The notes: generated by a model from the sequence alone, not told the origin. Shown: positions 16,687-26,792, counted from the stretch's first letter. The stretch is 39,804 nucleotides of DNA from Bacilli bacterium (GCA_017887885.1 JAGHHB010000026.1:1-39804), one strand, 5' to 3'. Translations and numbers: made by a program.

Positions 16687-19611
16687 TTAATCTCCTTCCA
16701 ATAATCTTATATTGTTAACAATTACTTGATATTTATCGTATCTTTTTTCTACATGACCTATGACTTCAATAATATCACCAATTTTAATATCATTAAATCT
16801 TTTATAAACGAGAGGAAATATAGTTAAGTCAATGCTGCCATATTCGTCAGATGCTGTTATAAAAGCCATTATATCATTATTTTTTGTCGTTGTTTCTTTG
16901 ATTTTACTTACCATGACAACTATTTTAACATTTTTGTCAAAGAAACAATTAATATTGCGCGAATAAATATTATATTTATTTCTGTATTTATCTATTGGAT
17001 GTTCAGTTAGATAAAAACCTAATATTTTAAGTTCCCGCTCGCTAATTTCTTTTTTAGCATATTCTTCCACTATTTGTATTTCAGGTTTTTCAATTTCTAT
17101 AATTCCTGCATCTTTAGCTACATCAGCATAATTAATAATAACATCTAAACTTTCGATAAGACTTTTCTTATTATAACCAAAACTATCAAAAGCAGAGGCA
17201 TAAATTAAGTTAGTTAGGACTTTCTTATTAACACTCGTACCATTCATACGCAAAATAAAATCATGAAAATCACTAAATTTTCCGTTAGTTCTTTCCTTAA
17301 TAATATCATTAGAAATAGCACTGCCGACACTATATATAATCGATAGTGGACATCTAATACTATTTCCAATAACATAGTAGTTTTTTTCACTATAATTAAT
17401 ATCTGGAGGAAGTATTTTAATATTAGCTTGTTTAGCTCTATGTAAATATATATTTGTTTTTTCATTATTACCAATAACATTTGATAAAAGGCCCACCATG
17501 AAATACTTTAAGAAATACGTTTTAATAAAAGCCATTTTATAGGCAATTACAGCATAAGATACGGAATGAGCTTTATTAAAGCCATAATTGGCAAATTTTA
17601 ATATCAAATCGTATACTCTATTGGCAACTTCATTATTATAACCTTGTTTTAAACATCCATTAATAAATTTTGGTCGTTCTCTTAAAATAACATCTTCTTT
17701 CTTTTTTGACATAGCTCTTCTTAAAATATCAGCTTCGCCAAAAGTATATCCGGCCATTCTTCTCACAATTTGCATTATTTGTTCTTGATAAATAATAATA
17801 CCATAGGTTTCTTCTAGAATATCTTTTAAATCAGGATGAATATATTCAGCTTTTTCTCTTCCTTCTTTTCTAGCAATGAATGAATCAATATTATCCATTG
17901 GTCCTGGTCTATAAAGAGCAAGAGCCAGTGAGATATCATCAAAGGAGCTAATTTTGAGTTTTTCTAAAAATTTTTTCATACCTGATGACTCAAACTGAAA
18001 TATTCCATCAGTATCAACTTCATAGAAAATTTTTAGTGTCCTCTTATCATTTAGAGGAATTTTTTCAAAACTAATATTTATTTTTTCCTTTTCTTTAATA
18101 TCTTTTATTACGTTTGATAAAAGTGTTAAATTATCTATGCCTAAAAAGTCCATCTTGAGAAGTCCTAATTCTTCTAAATAGTCTTTTGAATAGGATGTTA
18201 CCCATATACCTAGTTGACTTTTATATAATGGTATAATATTGTCTAGGTTATCCTTACTTATAATGATACCAGCAGCATGAATGGAAGTGTGTCTAGGCAA
18301 ACCTTCAAGATGTTTGGCTATATTATATAAATTTTTAAATTCGTCTTTGGAATTAATAAGACGATAAAATTTAGAATTAGGATTATAAGATTCTGTAAGA
18401 CTTTTAGTAGTGATTGATTTGGCAATTTCGTCAATAATGGGAAGAGAAAAATTCATACATCTTCCCAGATCTCTAATAACTTGTTTAGCTCCTAAAGTAT
18501 TGAAAGTAATTATTCCAGCAACTTTCTTTTCACCGTATCTTTGGATAACATAATCAATAACTAAATTTCTTTTTTCACTATCAAAATCGACATCAATATC
18601 AGGCATAGTTACTCTCTCGGGATTTAAAAATCTTTCAAATAATAAATTATACTTAATGGGATCAATATCTGTAATTCCAATAGCATAACTGACTAAACTA
18701 CCAGCGGCACTTCCTCTACCAGGGCCCACTAAAATATTATTAAATTTGGCATATTTGACATAGTCCCAAACAACTAAAAAATAATTACTAAATCCCATTT
18801 TACTAATAACGTCAAGTTCATAATCAAGTCTTTCTTTATATTCAGAAGAAACATTATTATTTAGTCTTTTTTTAATTCCCTTATCGCATAAGCTTCTTAA
18901 AAAGGACGAAGCATCAATATTTTCATCATAAATAGGAAGAAGTCCGGGTGTATATTCTAAAGTTACATTACAATTCTTTTCTATATAGGACATATTATCA
19001 CGTACACTTTGGTCACATAAAGAATAAAATTCATCTCTATTTAAGAGGTGTTTATTTTTAAAGTTTCCTAAAGAAAAAGCTCCTAATTTTTTATCATCTC
19101 TAATCATCAGTAAATAGTCAAGATAATAATAGTCATCTTTTTCTAGATAAGAAATATCATTAATTAAGACGGCCTTATCTGTAATTTTCTCTCTTTCGTC
19201 TATAGTAGTATAGCCAATAAAATAGTCAGTATAAATCTGAACAATCTCTTCGTTGTAATTTTTAAATGGCATAATTAAAAAGAGATTACTGGCATAATTT
19301 TTAAGTTCATCAATAGTAATATTTTTTTCTGATAATATTGTAGCTATTTTAATCAAGTTTTTATAACCATGATTATTTTGGGCTAATAATATAAAATTAT
19401 TTTCACTAAAATTAACTTCTAGTCCCATAATAGGCTTTATTTTCTTTTTTTGGCAAGCCAGATAAAATTCATAGGCGCCAAACATATTATTAACATCGGT
19501 AATAGCTAGAGAGGAATAGCCATAATTTTTAGCTTTTTCTATTAATTCATCTATTTTAATTAGGCTACTCAAAATAGAATAACTAGTTTTAACTTGTAAA
19601 GAAGTAAGCAT
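16687..19611 (-). CDS. dnaE: DNA polymerase III alpha subunit (DnaE)
   Basis: GPGRGSAAGSLV, FERFLNPER..MPDIDVDF, KMDFLG, YGFNKAHS, C-terminal OB fold; PHP metal ligands degenerate. Confidence 0.98.
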   Translation of the reverse strand: MLTSLQVKTSYSILSSLIKIDELIEKAKNYGYSSLAITDVNNMFGAYEFYLACQKKKIKPIMGLEVNFSENNFILLAQNNHGYKNLIKIATILSEKNITIDELKNYASNLFLIMPFKNYNEEIVQIYTDYFIGYTTIDEREKITDKAVLINDISYLEKDDYYYLDYLLMIRDDKKLGAFSLGNFKNKHLLNRDEFYSLCDQSVRDNMSYIEKNCNVTLEYTPGLLPIYDENIDASSFLRSLCDKGIKKRLNNNVSSEYKERLDYELDVISKMGFSNYFLVVWDYVKYAKFNNILVGPGRGSAAGSLVSYAIGITDIDPIKYNLLFERFLNPERVTMPDIDVDFDSEKRNLVIDYVIQRYGEKKVAGIITFNTLGAKQVIRDLGRCMNFSLPIIDEIAKSITTKSLTESYNPNSKFYRLINSKDEFKNLYNIAKHLEGLPRHTSIHAAGIIISKDNLDNIIPLYKSQLGIWVTSYSKDYLEELGLLKMDFLGIDNLTLLSNVIKDIKEKEKINISFEKIPLNDKRTLKIFYEVDTDGIFQFESSGMKKFLEKLKISSFDDISLALALYRPGPMDNIDSFIARKEGREKAEYIHPDLKDILEETYGIIIYQEQIMQIVRRMAGYTFGEADILRRAMSKKKEDVILRERPKFINGCLKQGYNNEVANRVYDLILKFANYGFNKAHSVSYAVIAYKMAFIKTYFLKYFMVGLLSNVIGNNEKTNIYLHRAKQANIKILPPDINYSEKNYYVIGNSIRCPLSIIYSVGSAISNDIIKERTNGKFSDFHDFILRMNGTSVNKKVLTNLIYASAFDSFGYNKKSLIESLDVIINYADVAKDAGIIEIEKPEIQIVEEYAKKEISERELKILGFYLTEHPIDKYRNKYNIYSRNINCFFDKNVKIVVMVSKIKETTTKNNDIMAFITASDEYGSIDLTIFPLVYKRFNDIKIGDIIEVIGHVEKRYDKYQVIVNNIRLLEGD

Positions 19612-19628
19612 AACTATTCCCTCCCTAT

Positions 19629-19889
19629 TTAATATTTAAGCGTTAAATAAGCAATAATAACTCCTCCAATTGCAATAATAGCCGCTAAAGTGGCAATCGC
19701 CGCAAAACCATTACTTCCTACTCCAACATTACTAGGTTTTTTAATACTCTTTTTAGGTTTAGCAAAGGGATTATTTCCTAATTTATAGTTAGCATTAGAA
19801 AGCATCTTTAATTCTCCGCCTGTATTTTCAATATTGACTGTTGCCCTGCCATTACTATCACAAAATGAACCTGATATATTATTTTCCAT
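19629..19889 (-). CDS. Hypothetical 86-aa C-tail-anchored membrane protein
   Basis: RBS AGGAGGG; soluble N-terminus and one C-terminal hydrophobic helix. Confidence 0.8.
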   Translation of the reverse strand: MENNISGSFCDSNGRATVNIENTGGELKMLSNANYKLGNNPFAKPKKSIKKPSNVGVGSNGFAAIATLAAIIAIGGVIIAYLTLKY

Positions 19890-19916
19890 TTTTTACCCTC
19901 CTTTCTAATCCTTTGT

Positions 19917-20828
19917 TTACTTTCTTCTATTTTCCGCTATCATTGTAATCTGATCAGTTAAATACTTAATTCGTTCGATAATTCTTCTTGCCTTCATTTT
20001 CCCTTCTCTATCATTTCCCGCAAGATGGATTTCCAATTCCTTAAGAGATAAATTAGAAGTGAAGAAAGTTGGTAGTTTTTCTTGCATACGGTATTGTAAA
20101 ATTGTTCCTAAAATTTCATCGCGATTCCAACTAGTAGTAGTTTCTGCTCCAATGTCATCAATTAAGATAATGGCTGTCTTTTTTACTGTATCAAAAATAC
20201 TTGCAAAATCTTCAGAAAATCGTTCTTTTAGTTCCCTTAAAAACTCTGGATAATAAATTATGGCCACCTTAATATTTTTTTTAGCTAATTCGTTAAGACA
20301 AGCCGCTACTAGATAAGTTTTTCCACATCCAAAATTTCCCGTTAGGTAAAGACCTTTACATTTTTCGTTTGCTCCATATTTTTTGATAAAAGTAGTAAGC
20401 CATTTGATTGTTTCTAACCGTTCTTTATCATCAGTATAAATCTCTTTCATTGAAGCAGTCAATATCTCTTTAGGCATATCTAAAACAGTCATGTTTTTCT
20501 GGTAGGCATTTTCATGTTCTAGTTTTTGTCGGTATTTACATGGCACATAAGAAAAATTAATATTCCCTTGTTCAATAAAAGGATAATACACATAACCACA
20601 GACACTGTTTAAGCATTCCATAATATTTTTACATTTTGTACAGTTTTTAATTTCTCTAGCGGCATCTTGAAATAAAGAAGTATATTTAATCAACATTTCT
20701 TTAGGAACATCAAGCCTTTCGACGATCTTTTTAAAGGTATTATCGGTACAAGCTTGATTAAAGTTTTCTTCCAGTGTATACTTATTTAGACTGTATTTAG
20801 AATTAATAAGTTCTTTAGTACTTTTCAT
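19917..20828 (-). CDS. dnaI: Primosomal helicase loader DnaI
   Basis: CxxC zinc region, GLYLTGNFGCGKTY, DDIGAE, RDEILGTILQYRM, TFFTSN. Confidence 0.96.
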   Translation of the reverse strand: MKSTKELINSKYSLNKYTLEENFNQACTDNTFKKIVERLDVPKEMLIKYTSLFQDAAREIKNCTKCKNIMECLNSVCGYVYYPFIEQGNINFSYVPCKYRQKLEHENAYQKNMTVLDMPKEILTASMKEIYTDDKERLETIKWLTTFIKKYGANEKCKGLYLTGNFGCGKTYLVAACLNELAKKNIKVAIIYYPEFLRELKERFSEDFASIFDTVKKTAIILIDDIGAETTTSWNRDEILGTILQYRMQEKLPTFFTSNLSLKELEIHLAGNDREGKMKARRIIERIKYLTDQITMIAENRRK

Positions 20829-22114
20829 GATTTATACTCCTTTAATAATTCCTCTAATTGGTTTTCTTCTTCTTGACTGATCTTGCCTTTAGTAATATTC
20901 TTATCAAACCAATCGGGAGTTTTAATATTTTTAACTTCTTCATTAATAATTTTATTATTTTTTCTTTTATGTTCCTTTTCGGCGACTTTCATAGCATCTT
21001 CTACCGTTTCAATTCCCAGTCTTTGCCACTGGCCAGCGAGCATTTCGACAAGTCCCCTTGTCAATTTTTTTTCGTTGACGTTTAAGATATAATCAATAAG
21101 AACGTTAACTACACCAGGTTTTAATTTATAATCAATTAAGAGATCTTCTATTAATTTTAGATCTCTTCGTGTTGGGTCACTACCCTTATTTTTACTTATA
21201 AGTAGTTCTCGGGGAGAAATCGTTTCAAAGGTGTATATCATTTTGGCTCTTTTGGATGTGTCTCCTACCGGTTTCCTCAAATATTCTGGTTGATTATTAT
21301 CAATAATTGTGGGAAGAATTCCCCCATTGTCGAATTGATAGTAGTTTCTAGCACTTTTTCTAAGTTCATCTTTACTAATCGTTCCACGCTCATTAAAGCA
21401 TCCTTTTACAATATTTGTCATCTTGACAGCATCAATATCATAAATAAAAGATAAATTGATAATAAGTTCTTTAATTTCTTTTGTGAATACTTTACTTGTA
21501 TCAATATTTTTAGGCATTGAACTTATTAAAAAATTAAAATCAAAATTACTATTAATATTAAGCTTTAATTTATTATACTTACGGATATCTTCAAGTGATA
21601 AATCATAAGATGTTAGAGTTGTTGATTGAAATACATCGCTAAAATTTTTAGTAATATCTGTATAATTGTTTGTATTAAGTCTTGGTATTTTGAAAGATTT
21701 TATCAAGTTTTCATATTCTGTTTTTCCAATGTTACTATATAGAACAATATTGAGAATAGGATGTGATAAAAATTCACTTGGCGAAACAGGAGAATATATT
21801 TCGTAAATATAACTATTTACATTTCCTTTTTTTACTAGAGTTTTAATAAGACCAATCGCTTCTAATTTTTCTCTAGTATTTTGTATTTCACCAATTGTCA
21901 TTCGCATACTTGTAGTAAGTTTTTGATGAGAAAATTCCTTACTTACAATTTCTAAATTATCTAGATCTGACCAAAACGTAAAGTATAACATAACAGCTTC
22001 TATGCCAATTACTGGCAAATATAAGCTCGTAAGTATTTTGCGGTCATCATTATGTAAAATTGTTTTATTGATAACTATGTAAGTATCTGCCGGAACTAAA
22101 TTATGTTTCTCCAT
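20825..22114 (-). CDS. dnaB: Replication initiation/membrane attachment protein DnaB (Firmicute type)
   Basis: LYLPVIG, LEAIGL, GVVNVLIDY, W...GI.TVEDAM, PDWF; coupled to dnaI. Confidence 0.93.
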   Translation of the reverse strand: MEKHNLVPADTYIVINKTILHNDDRKILTSLYLPVIGIEAVMLYFTFWSDLDNLEIVSKEFSHQKLTTSMRMTIGEIQNTREKLEAIGLIKTLVKKGNVNSYIYEIYSPVSPSEFLSHPILNIVLYSNIGKTEYENLIKSFKIPRLNTNNYTDITKNFSDVFQSTTLTSYDLSLEDIRKYNKLKLNINSNFDFNFLISSMPKNIDTSKVFTKEIKELIINLSFIYDIDAVKMTNIVKGCFNERGTISKDELRKSARNYYQFDNGGILPTIIDNNQPEYLRKPVGDTSKRAKMIYTFETISPRELLISKNKGSDPTRRDLKLIEDLLIDYKLKPGVVNVLIDYILNVNEKKLTRGLVEMLAGQWQRLGIETVEDAMKVAEKEHKRKNNKIINEEVKNIKTPDWFDKNITKGKISQEEENQLEELLKEYKS

Positions 22115-22233
22115 CCCATCACTTTCCTCATGTATATTGTATAATAAAAAAAATTAAAAGTAAAGAAGAAAACTTTTGGTAAAAAGATCCTTTTAATAGT
22201 ACCAATAACGAAAATTTTATTCTTTTCTTAATA

Positions 22234-22896
22234 TTAATGTTCCTCCCTTTTAATTATTAGTAGACTTAATAAAAATAAAATACAGCCCAATATTAATATG
22301 AAAAAATTATAATCAAATAATAATTGTGTCATCATATTAGCGGAGATATGGACCAAAATAGACGGTAATAAACTTTTCTTTTTAATATATAATAAGGCAT
22401 TAACAATGCCAATTACTATAGCATAAATAACCGTTATTAAGTTATTATGAAAAAGTCCAAAGATAATGGCCGATAGCAAAATAGTAGTTTTAGTAGAGTT
22501 AAAGTTTTTTAATTTATTAATTAAAACGTATCTAAAGATAACTTCTTCAAATATGGGACCAATAATTCCTGAACTAATGATAACTAATAATATATTAACT
22601 TTTTCTGTAGGAATAAAACCTTTCCCCAAACCCAATATTATCATATTATATATAGTAGAGATAGAAACACCAAGTAACAAGTATGGAAAATAAGAATTTT
22701 TATGATAGATAATTTCTTTTTTATGTAACTTCAGAATGCTAAAAAGAAGTTGAAATAGGCTTAAGAAAATAGTCGCCCATATTAATGATTTGTCAATACC
22801 TAATACCCAAAGTGTGATTATAAGTATTAGGTATTGACAAATCATGACAAAAAAGATTTCTTTTAAAGATAACAGTAAATTTTTTATATACTTCAT
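22234..22896 (-). CDS. CPBP (Abi/CAAX) family intramembrane metalloprotease
   Basis: PIFEEVIFR, FGLFH, HISAN motifs. Confidence 0.92.
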   Translation of the reverse strand: MKYIKNLLLSLKEIFFVMICQYLILIITLWVLGIDKSLIWATIFLSLFQLLFSILKLHKKEIIYHKNSYFPYLLLGVSISTIYNMIILGLGKGFIPTEKVNILLVIISSGIIGPIFEEVIFRYVLINKLKNFNSTKTTILLSAIIFGLFHNNLITVIYAIVIGIVNALLYIKKKSLLPSILVHISANMMTQLLFDYNFFILILGCILFLLSLLIIKREEH

Positions 22897-22916
22897 AAAA
22901 TAACTCCTTATAATAT

Positions 22917-22946
22917 AAAATAAGACAACGATGAATGTTGCCTTAT
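22917..22946 (-). terminator. csp terminator
   Basis: Minus strand ATAAGGCAAC/GTTGTCTTAT + T-run. Confidence 0.6.
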
Positions 22947-22957
22947 GCAGCGCAAAA

Positions 22958-23170
22958 TTAAGCTTTTACATTGGTAACTGCTAGTACATTAATAGCTTGT
23001 AAACCTTTAGCAGTTTCGATTAAATCAAATTCAACCAATTGACCTTCAGTTAAAGTCTTATAGCCATCTTGCTTGATTGCGGAATAATGAACAAATATAT
23101 CTTCACCTTCAGGATAGTCGATGAAGCCATACCCTTTTTCATTATTAAACCATTTTACTCTTCCTTGCAT
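22958..23170 (-). CDS. csp: Cold-shock domain protein
   Basis: [24 protein letters not shown]. Confidence 0.97.
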   Translation of the reverse strand: MQGRVKWFNNEKGYGFIDYPEGEDIFVHYSAIKQDGYKTLTEGQLVEFDLIETAKGLQAINVLAVTNVKA

Positions 23171-23198
23171 AATACCACCTTACCTTTCTGTACTCCCC

Positions 23199-23235
23199 TT
23201 CAAGAATATTATAATATGCTTGAATAATGATTTGC
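23199..23235 (-). promoter_or_regulatory. csp proximal promoter overlapped by a 26-bp palindrome
   Basis: TTGCAA-18-TATAAT; TTCAAGAATATTATAATATGCTTGAA (23199-23224) is a palindrome with one mismatched pair. Confidence 0.5.
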
Positions 23236-23423
23236 AATCAATTGTGTAAGACAAAATTCGATAAAAGATTCTTGTTTTTAAATTAGTTGCAACCATAAAT
23301 ATTATAACATCAATTACTAGATAGAATCGTTGTCGTTTCAACTATCGTTTTAAAATAACGCTTGAAAGTAGTGATATTAACATGAAGTGAACAAAATAAA
23401 AAGTAGAAATATACTTATATTTC

Positions 23424-24302
23424 TTACTTTATTTCGATATGCATGATTTCTAAAATTCTATTTAAATCATTAATATTTTCAAAAAAAATATTAATTTTTT
23501 TATTATCTATCTTAACTTTAGTTCCAAGAATCTCTTGCATTTCATTTTCTATTTGAGAATAATCAGAAGATACTTCTCTTCGTAATATAGGAGTTCTCTT
23601 TTTAATTTCTTCTTTTTTGCTAAATTCTTCGAGATTATGAACACTTATGTTTTCCTTGACGACCCTATCTGCTAAAGTAATAACTTCGTCATTATCTTCC
23701 ATTTTAGAAAGAACTCTTGCATGTCCCATCGAAATATCACCATTTAAAATCATCTTTTGAACTTCTTCTGGTAAGTTGAGAAGACCTAATGTATTCGTGA
23801 TATGACTTCTGCTTTTACCAATCTTTTTAGCAAGATCTTCTTGTCTAATATCTAAATTGTCGATGATTCCCTTATAAGCCCAAGCTAGCTCGATAGCAGT
23901 AAGATTTTCTCTCTGAATATTTTCAAGAAGAGAAATTTCGCGCATTTCTTCATCTGTAAATTCTTTAACAATAGCGGGAATCGTATCAATACCAGCAAGA
24001 CGACTGGCACGAAGTCTTCTCTCGCCCGCAATAAGATCGTATCCTTTAATTGACTTTTTTACAATAATCGGTTGAAAGACACCATAATTTCTTATTGATT
24101 CTGCAAGCTCTTCTAAAGCTTCTTGATTGAAGGTTTTTCGTGGTTGATAAGGATTAGGTCTTATTTCGGATACTGGAATTTCTTTAATGTCAGATTGTGT
24201 AGCTGTTTCCATAATATTACTTTCAAAGGTATCAAAATCTAATACCTCACTAGAAAATAATTCTTCTAAACCCTTACCCAATGCTTTCTTTTTCTGTTCC
24301 AT
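23424..24302 (-). CDS. parB: Chromosome partitioning protein ParB/Spo0J
   Basis: KKALGKGL, PNPYQPRK, AGERRLRA, ENIQRENL, HTH, GHARVL. Confidence 0.96.
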   Translation of the reverse strand: MEQKKKALGKGLEELFSSEVLDFDTFESNIMETATQSDIKEIPVSEIRPNPYQPRKTFNQEALEELAESIRNYGVFQPIIVKKSIKGYDLIAGERRLRASRLAGIDTIPAIVKEFTDEEMREISLLENIQRENLTAIELAWAYKGIIDNLDIRQEDLAKKIGKSRSHITNTLGLLNLPEEVQKMILNGDISMGHARVLSKMEDNDEVITLADRVVKENISVHNLEEFSKKEEIKKRTPILRREVSSDYSQIENEMQEILGTKVKIDNKKINIFFENINDLNRILEIMHIEIK

Positions 24303-25086
24303 TTCTTTCTATAACCTCCTTAGCTAAATTTAAATAGGCAATTGTCCCCTTATTTCTAGGTTCATATTCTAATATCGGTTTCCCATGACTTGGTGCTTCA
24401 GCAAGGCGAACCAATCTTGGTATAATTGTATCGTAAACTCTTTCTTTAAAAAAGCCTTTAATGCTTTCTATTACTTCAATACCTAAATTAGTATTAGAAA
24501 ACATTGTCAGTAAGACACCTTCAATATCTAAATTAGGATTAACTTTTCTTTGAGCCAACATAACTGTATTTATAAGTTGCATAATACCTTCTAGTGCAAA
24601 ATATTCGCACTGGACAGGAATTAAAACGGAGTCGGAAGCAGCAAGAGCATTAGTAGTAAGGATTCCAAGTGAAGGAGGACAATCAATCAATATAAAATCA
24701 TAGTTTGTTTTTACTCTTTCGAGCTCTTCTTTCAATCTTGTTACTCTATTAAAATGGATGCCTATTTCTTTGGATTTTTTTTCTATTTCGATAAGTTCCA
24801 TATCGACTCCTGCTAAATTTAAGTATGCGGGAAGAAGATACAAATTTTTGCTTTTAGTCTTAATAATAGACTTTTCAATAGTTTCTTTCTTGGTAAGAAC
24901 TTCATATATACTACTTGTAATGTCGCCTTTATCAATTCCTACTCCTGTAGTAGCATTTCCTTGTGGATCTAAATCGACTAACAACACTTTTTTATCTAAA
25001 ATACCTAAAGATGCCGCTAAATTTATACTAGTGGTCGTCTTGCCAACGCCCCCTTTTTGATTGACAATTGCAATAATCTTTCCCAT
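24274..25086 (-). CDS. parA: Chromosome partitioning ATPase ParA/Soj
   Basis: NQKGGVGKTT, DLDPQGNAT, DCPPSLG, QCEYFALEG, LAEAPSHGKP. Confidence 0.97.
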   Translation of the reverse strand: MGKIIAIVNQKGGVGKTTTSINLAASLGILDKKVLLVDLDPQGNATTGVGIDKGDITSSIYEVLTKKETIEKSIIKTKSKNLYLLPAYLNLAGVDMELIEIEKKSKEIGIHFNRVTRLKEELERVKTNYDFILIDCPPSLGILTTNALAASDSVLIPVQCEYFALEGIMQLINTVMLAQRKVNPNLDIEGVLLTMFSNTNLGIEVIESIKGFFKERVYDTIIPRLVRLAEAPSHGKPILEYEPRNKGTIAYLNLAKEVIERNGTEKESIG

Positions 25087-25233
25087 ATAATGTCACCTAT
25101 TTTCCTCAAATATAATTGTATCAAAAAAAAGCAAAAAAAGAAAGAATTTTTGACATTTATTTATATATAGCAACTTAAATATATTCTAATTAATCAAATA
25201 AGTCATTTAAATTTAAAAAAAATTCGTAAATTG

Positions 25234-25262
25234 TTGACATAATTAAAATAAGAATATATAAT
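25234..25262 (+). promoter_or_regulatory. Consensus sigmaA promoter of rpmH
   Basis: TTGACA-17-TATAAT. Confidence 0.85.
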
Positions 25263-25295
25263 AAAATAGCATTTGACTTGGAGGTGGATTTTATA

Positions 25296-25421
25296 ATGAA
25301 AAGAACTTATCAACCTAATAATAGAAAGAAAGCTAAAAAACATGGATTCTTTGCTAGAATAAAAAAAGGTAACGTTTTAAATAAGAGAAGAGCAAAAAAA
25401 AGAAAAGAATTATCTGCATAG
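25296..25421 (+). CDS. rpmH: 50S ribosomal protein L34 (41 aa)
   Basis: [41 protein letters not shown]; RBS GGAGGTG; not in the ORF track. Confidence 0.97.
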   Translation: MKRTYQPNNRKKAKKHGFFARIKKGNVLNKRRAKKRKELSA

Positions 25422-25510
25422 TAGTATCTTTTTCTTTTTTTATACACTAATTTAAAAAATACATAGTGACATTTCTTGAGCAAAAAGTGCAGAAAGGAAC
25501 ATTAATTAAA

Positions 25511-25840
25511 ATGAAGAAGGTAGAAATAATAAAGTCTTCTCGCGAATATACTGAAATAATCGGCTTGAATAAAGCTAGAAGAAGCCCTTATTTTAGTATA
25601 TATACTAGAAAAAATAATGAAGATAGTAACCGCTACGGAATTTCTATTCCCAAAAAAACTGGGACTGCGGTAGTTAGAAACAAAGTAAAAAGGAGAATAA
25701 AAAATATCCTTGATAACAATAAAAAAACTATACAAAAAGGTTGGGACTATGTTATAATTGTTAAGAAAGGAATATTAGCGTTAACTTATCTTGAAATAGA
25801 AAAAGAATTGTTAAAACTAATTAGAAATATAGGTGATTAA
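25511..25840 (+). CDS. rnpA: Ribonuclease P protein component
   Basis: RYGISIPKKTGTAVVRNKVKRR; synteny with rpmH; ATG at 25511 preferred. Confidence 0.95.
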   Translation: MKKVEIIKSSREYTEIIGLNKARRSPYFSIYTRKNNEDSNRYGISIPKKTGTAVVRNKVKRRIKNILDNNKKTIQKGWDYVIIVKKGILALTYLEIEKELLKLIRNIGD

Positions 25841-26792
25841 TTTGAAAAAAAAGAAAACTACTTCTAAAATTATACTATTATTAGTTAGTTTAGTTATGCT
25901 TACAGGTTGCACTAAAAATCTTACCGATGAAAATAAAAAGATAGTTAAAGATGAAAATACAGGAAAGGCACTTACTGAAAACATTTTATGTAGACCGACG
26001 AATGAAGATGTAATTGATTTATATAAAGAGAATAATGTTGATACCGATGCTTTAGCGGAATGTAAAAACTTTAAACCATTTGATGCATATGAAGGCCTAT
26101 GGACAACTATTTTTGTTAAGCCATTAGCTTGGGTTATCATTAAACTTGGTACCTTATTAGAAAGTGTTGGCCTTCGTGTAGGAGAAGCTAATGGACTAGC
26201 CATCATTCTTTCTTGTTTATTTATAAGATTAATTTTATATCCCTTTACTAAAAAGACCGCTATGCAATCAGAAAAGATGAAAGAAGTTCAACCACAATTA
26301 GAAAAACTAGAAAAAAAATATAAAAATAAAAACAGTGAAGAAGATCAAAAACATAAAGCTGAAGAAATGATGCTTATTTATCAAAAAAATAAAATAAATC
26401 CTTTGTCAAGCTGTCTACTATCATTTATTCAAATACCGCTACTTTTTGCTTATTTAGAAGCTATTAATAGAACTCCTGTAATATTTGAAAGTAAATTTTT
26501 AAAATTAGATATGGGAACAACTATCCTTCATGGAGTAACTTCTAACTTGTGGTATTGGTATGTATTACTCTTCCTTTTAGTTTTAGCTACTTCATACTTG
26601 TCGTTTCGCAAAACCTTGAAAGATCAAACAGCTATGCAAGCTCAAATGAAAGGAGCCATTTATTTCATGATGGCAATGATTGTTATTGCTTCCTTTAGTT
26701 TACCAGTAGCTTTAGGCTTGTATTGGATTACATCTTCGGTATTTACGATAATACAAAATGTAATTGTCGAAAGAAAGAAGGTAAAAAGATAA
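25833..26792 (+). CDS. yidC: Membrane protein insertase YidC/SpoIIIJ
   Basis: Lipobox LTGC, IRLILYP, NPLSSCL...IQIP, LGLYWITS. Confidence 0.95.
   Translation: MINLKKKKTTSKIILLLVSLVMLTGCTKNLTDENKKIVKDENTGKALTENILCRPTNEDVIDLYKENNVDTDALAECKNFKPFDAYEGLWTTIFVKPLAWVIIKLGTLLESVGLRVGEANGLAIILSCLFIRLILYPFTKKTAMQSEKMKEVQPQLEKLEKKYKNKNSEEDQKHKAEEMMLIYQKNKINPLSSCLLSFIQIPLLFAYLEAINRTPVIFESKFLKLDMGTTILHGVTSNLWYWYVLLFLLVLATSYLSFRKTLKDQTAMQAQMKGAIYFMMAMIVIASFSLPVALGLYWITSSVFTIIQNVIVERKKVKR

Noticed and set aside
16687-19611. Short DnaE with degenerate PHP site as a possible pseudogene
   Set aside because: Polymerase motifs are intact; PHP degeneration and a short C-terminus are normal for DnaE in PolC-containing Firmicutes.
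19629-19720. Type IV prepilin cleavage motif (GF + hydrophobic helix) in the 86-aa ORF
   Set aside because: The helix is C-terminal, lacks Glu at +5, and no pilus genes are nearby.
25087-25465. Canonical oriC DnaA-box cluster or parS site
   Set aside because: Only isolated near-matches (TTATACACT at 25440; others scattered inside CDSs), and no TGTTNCACGTGAAACA palindrome seen by eye.
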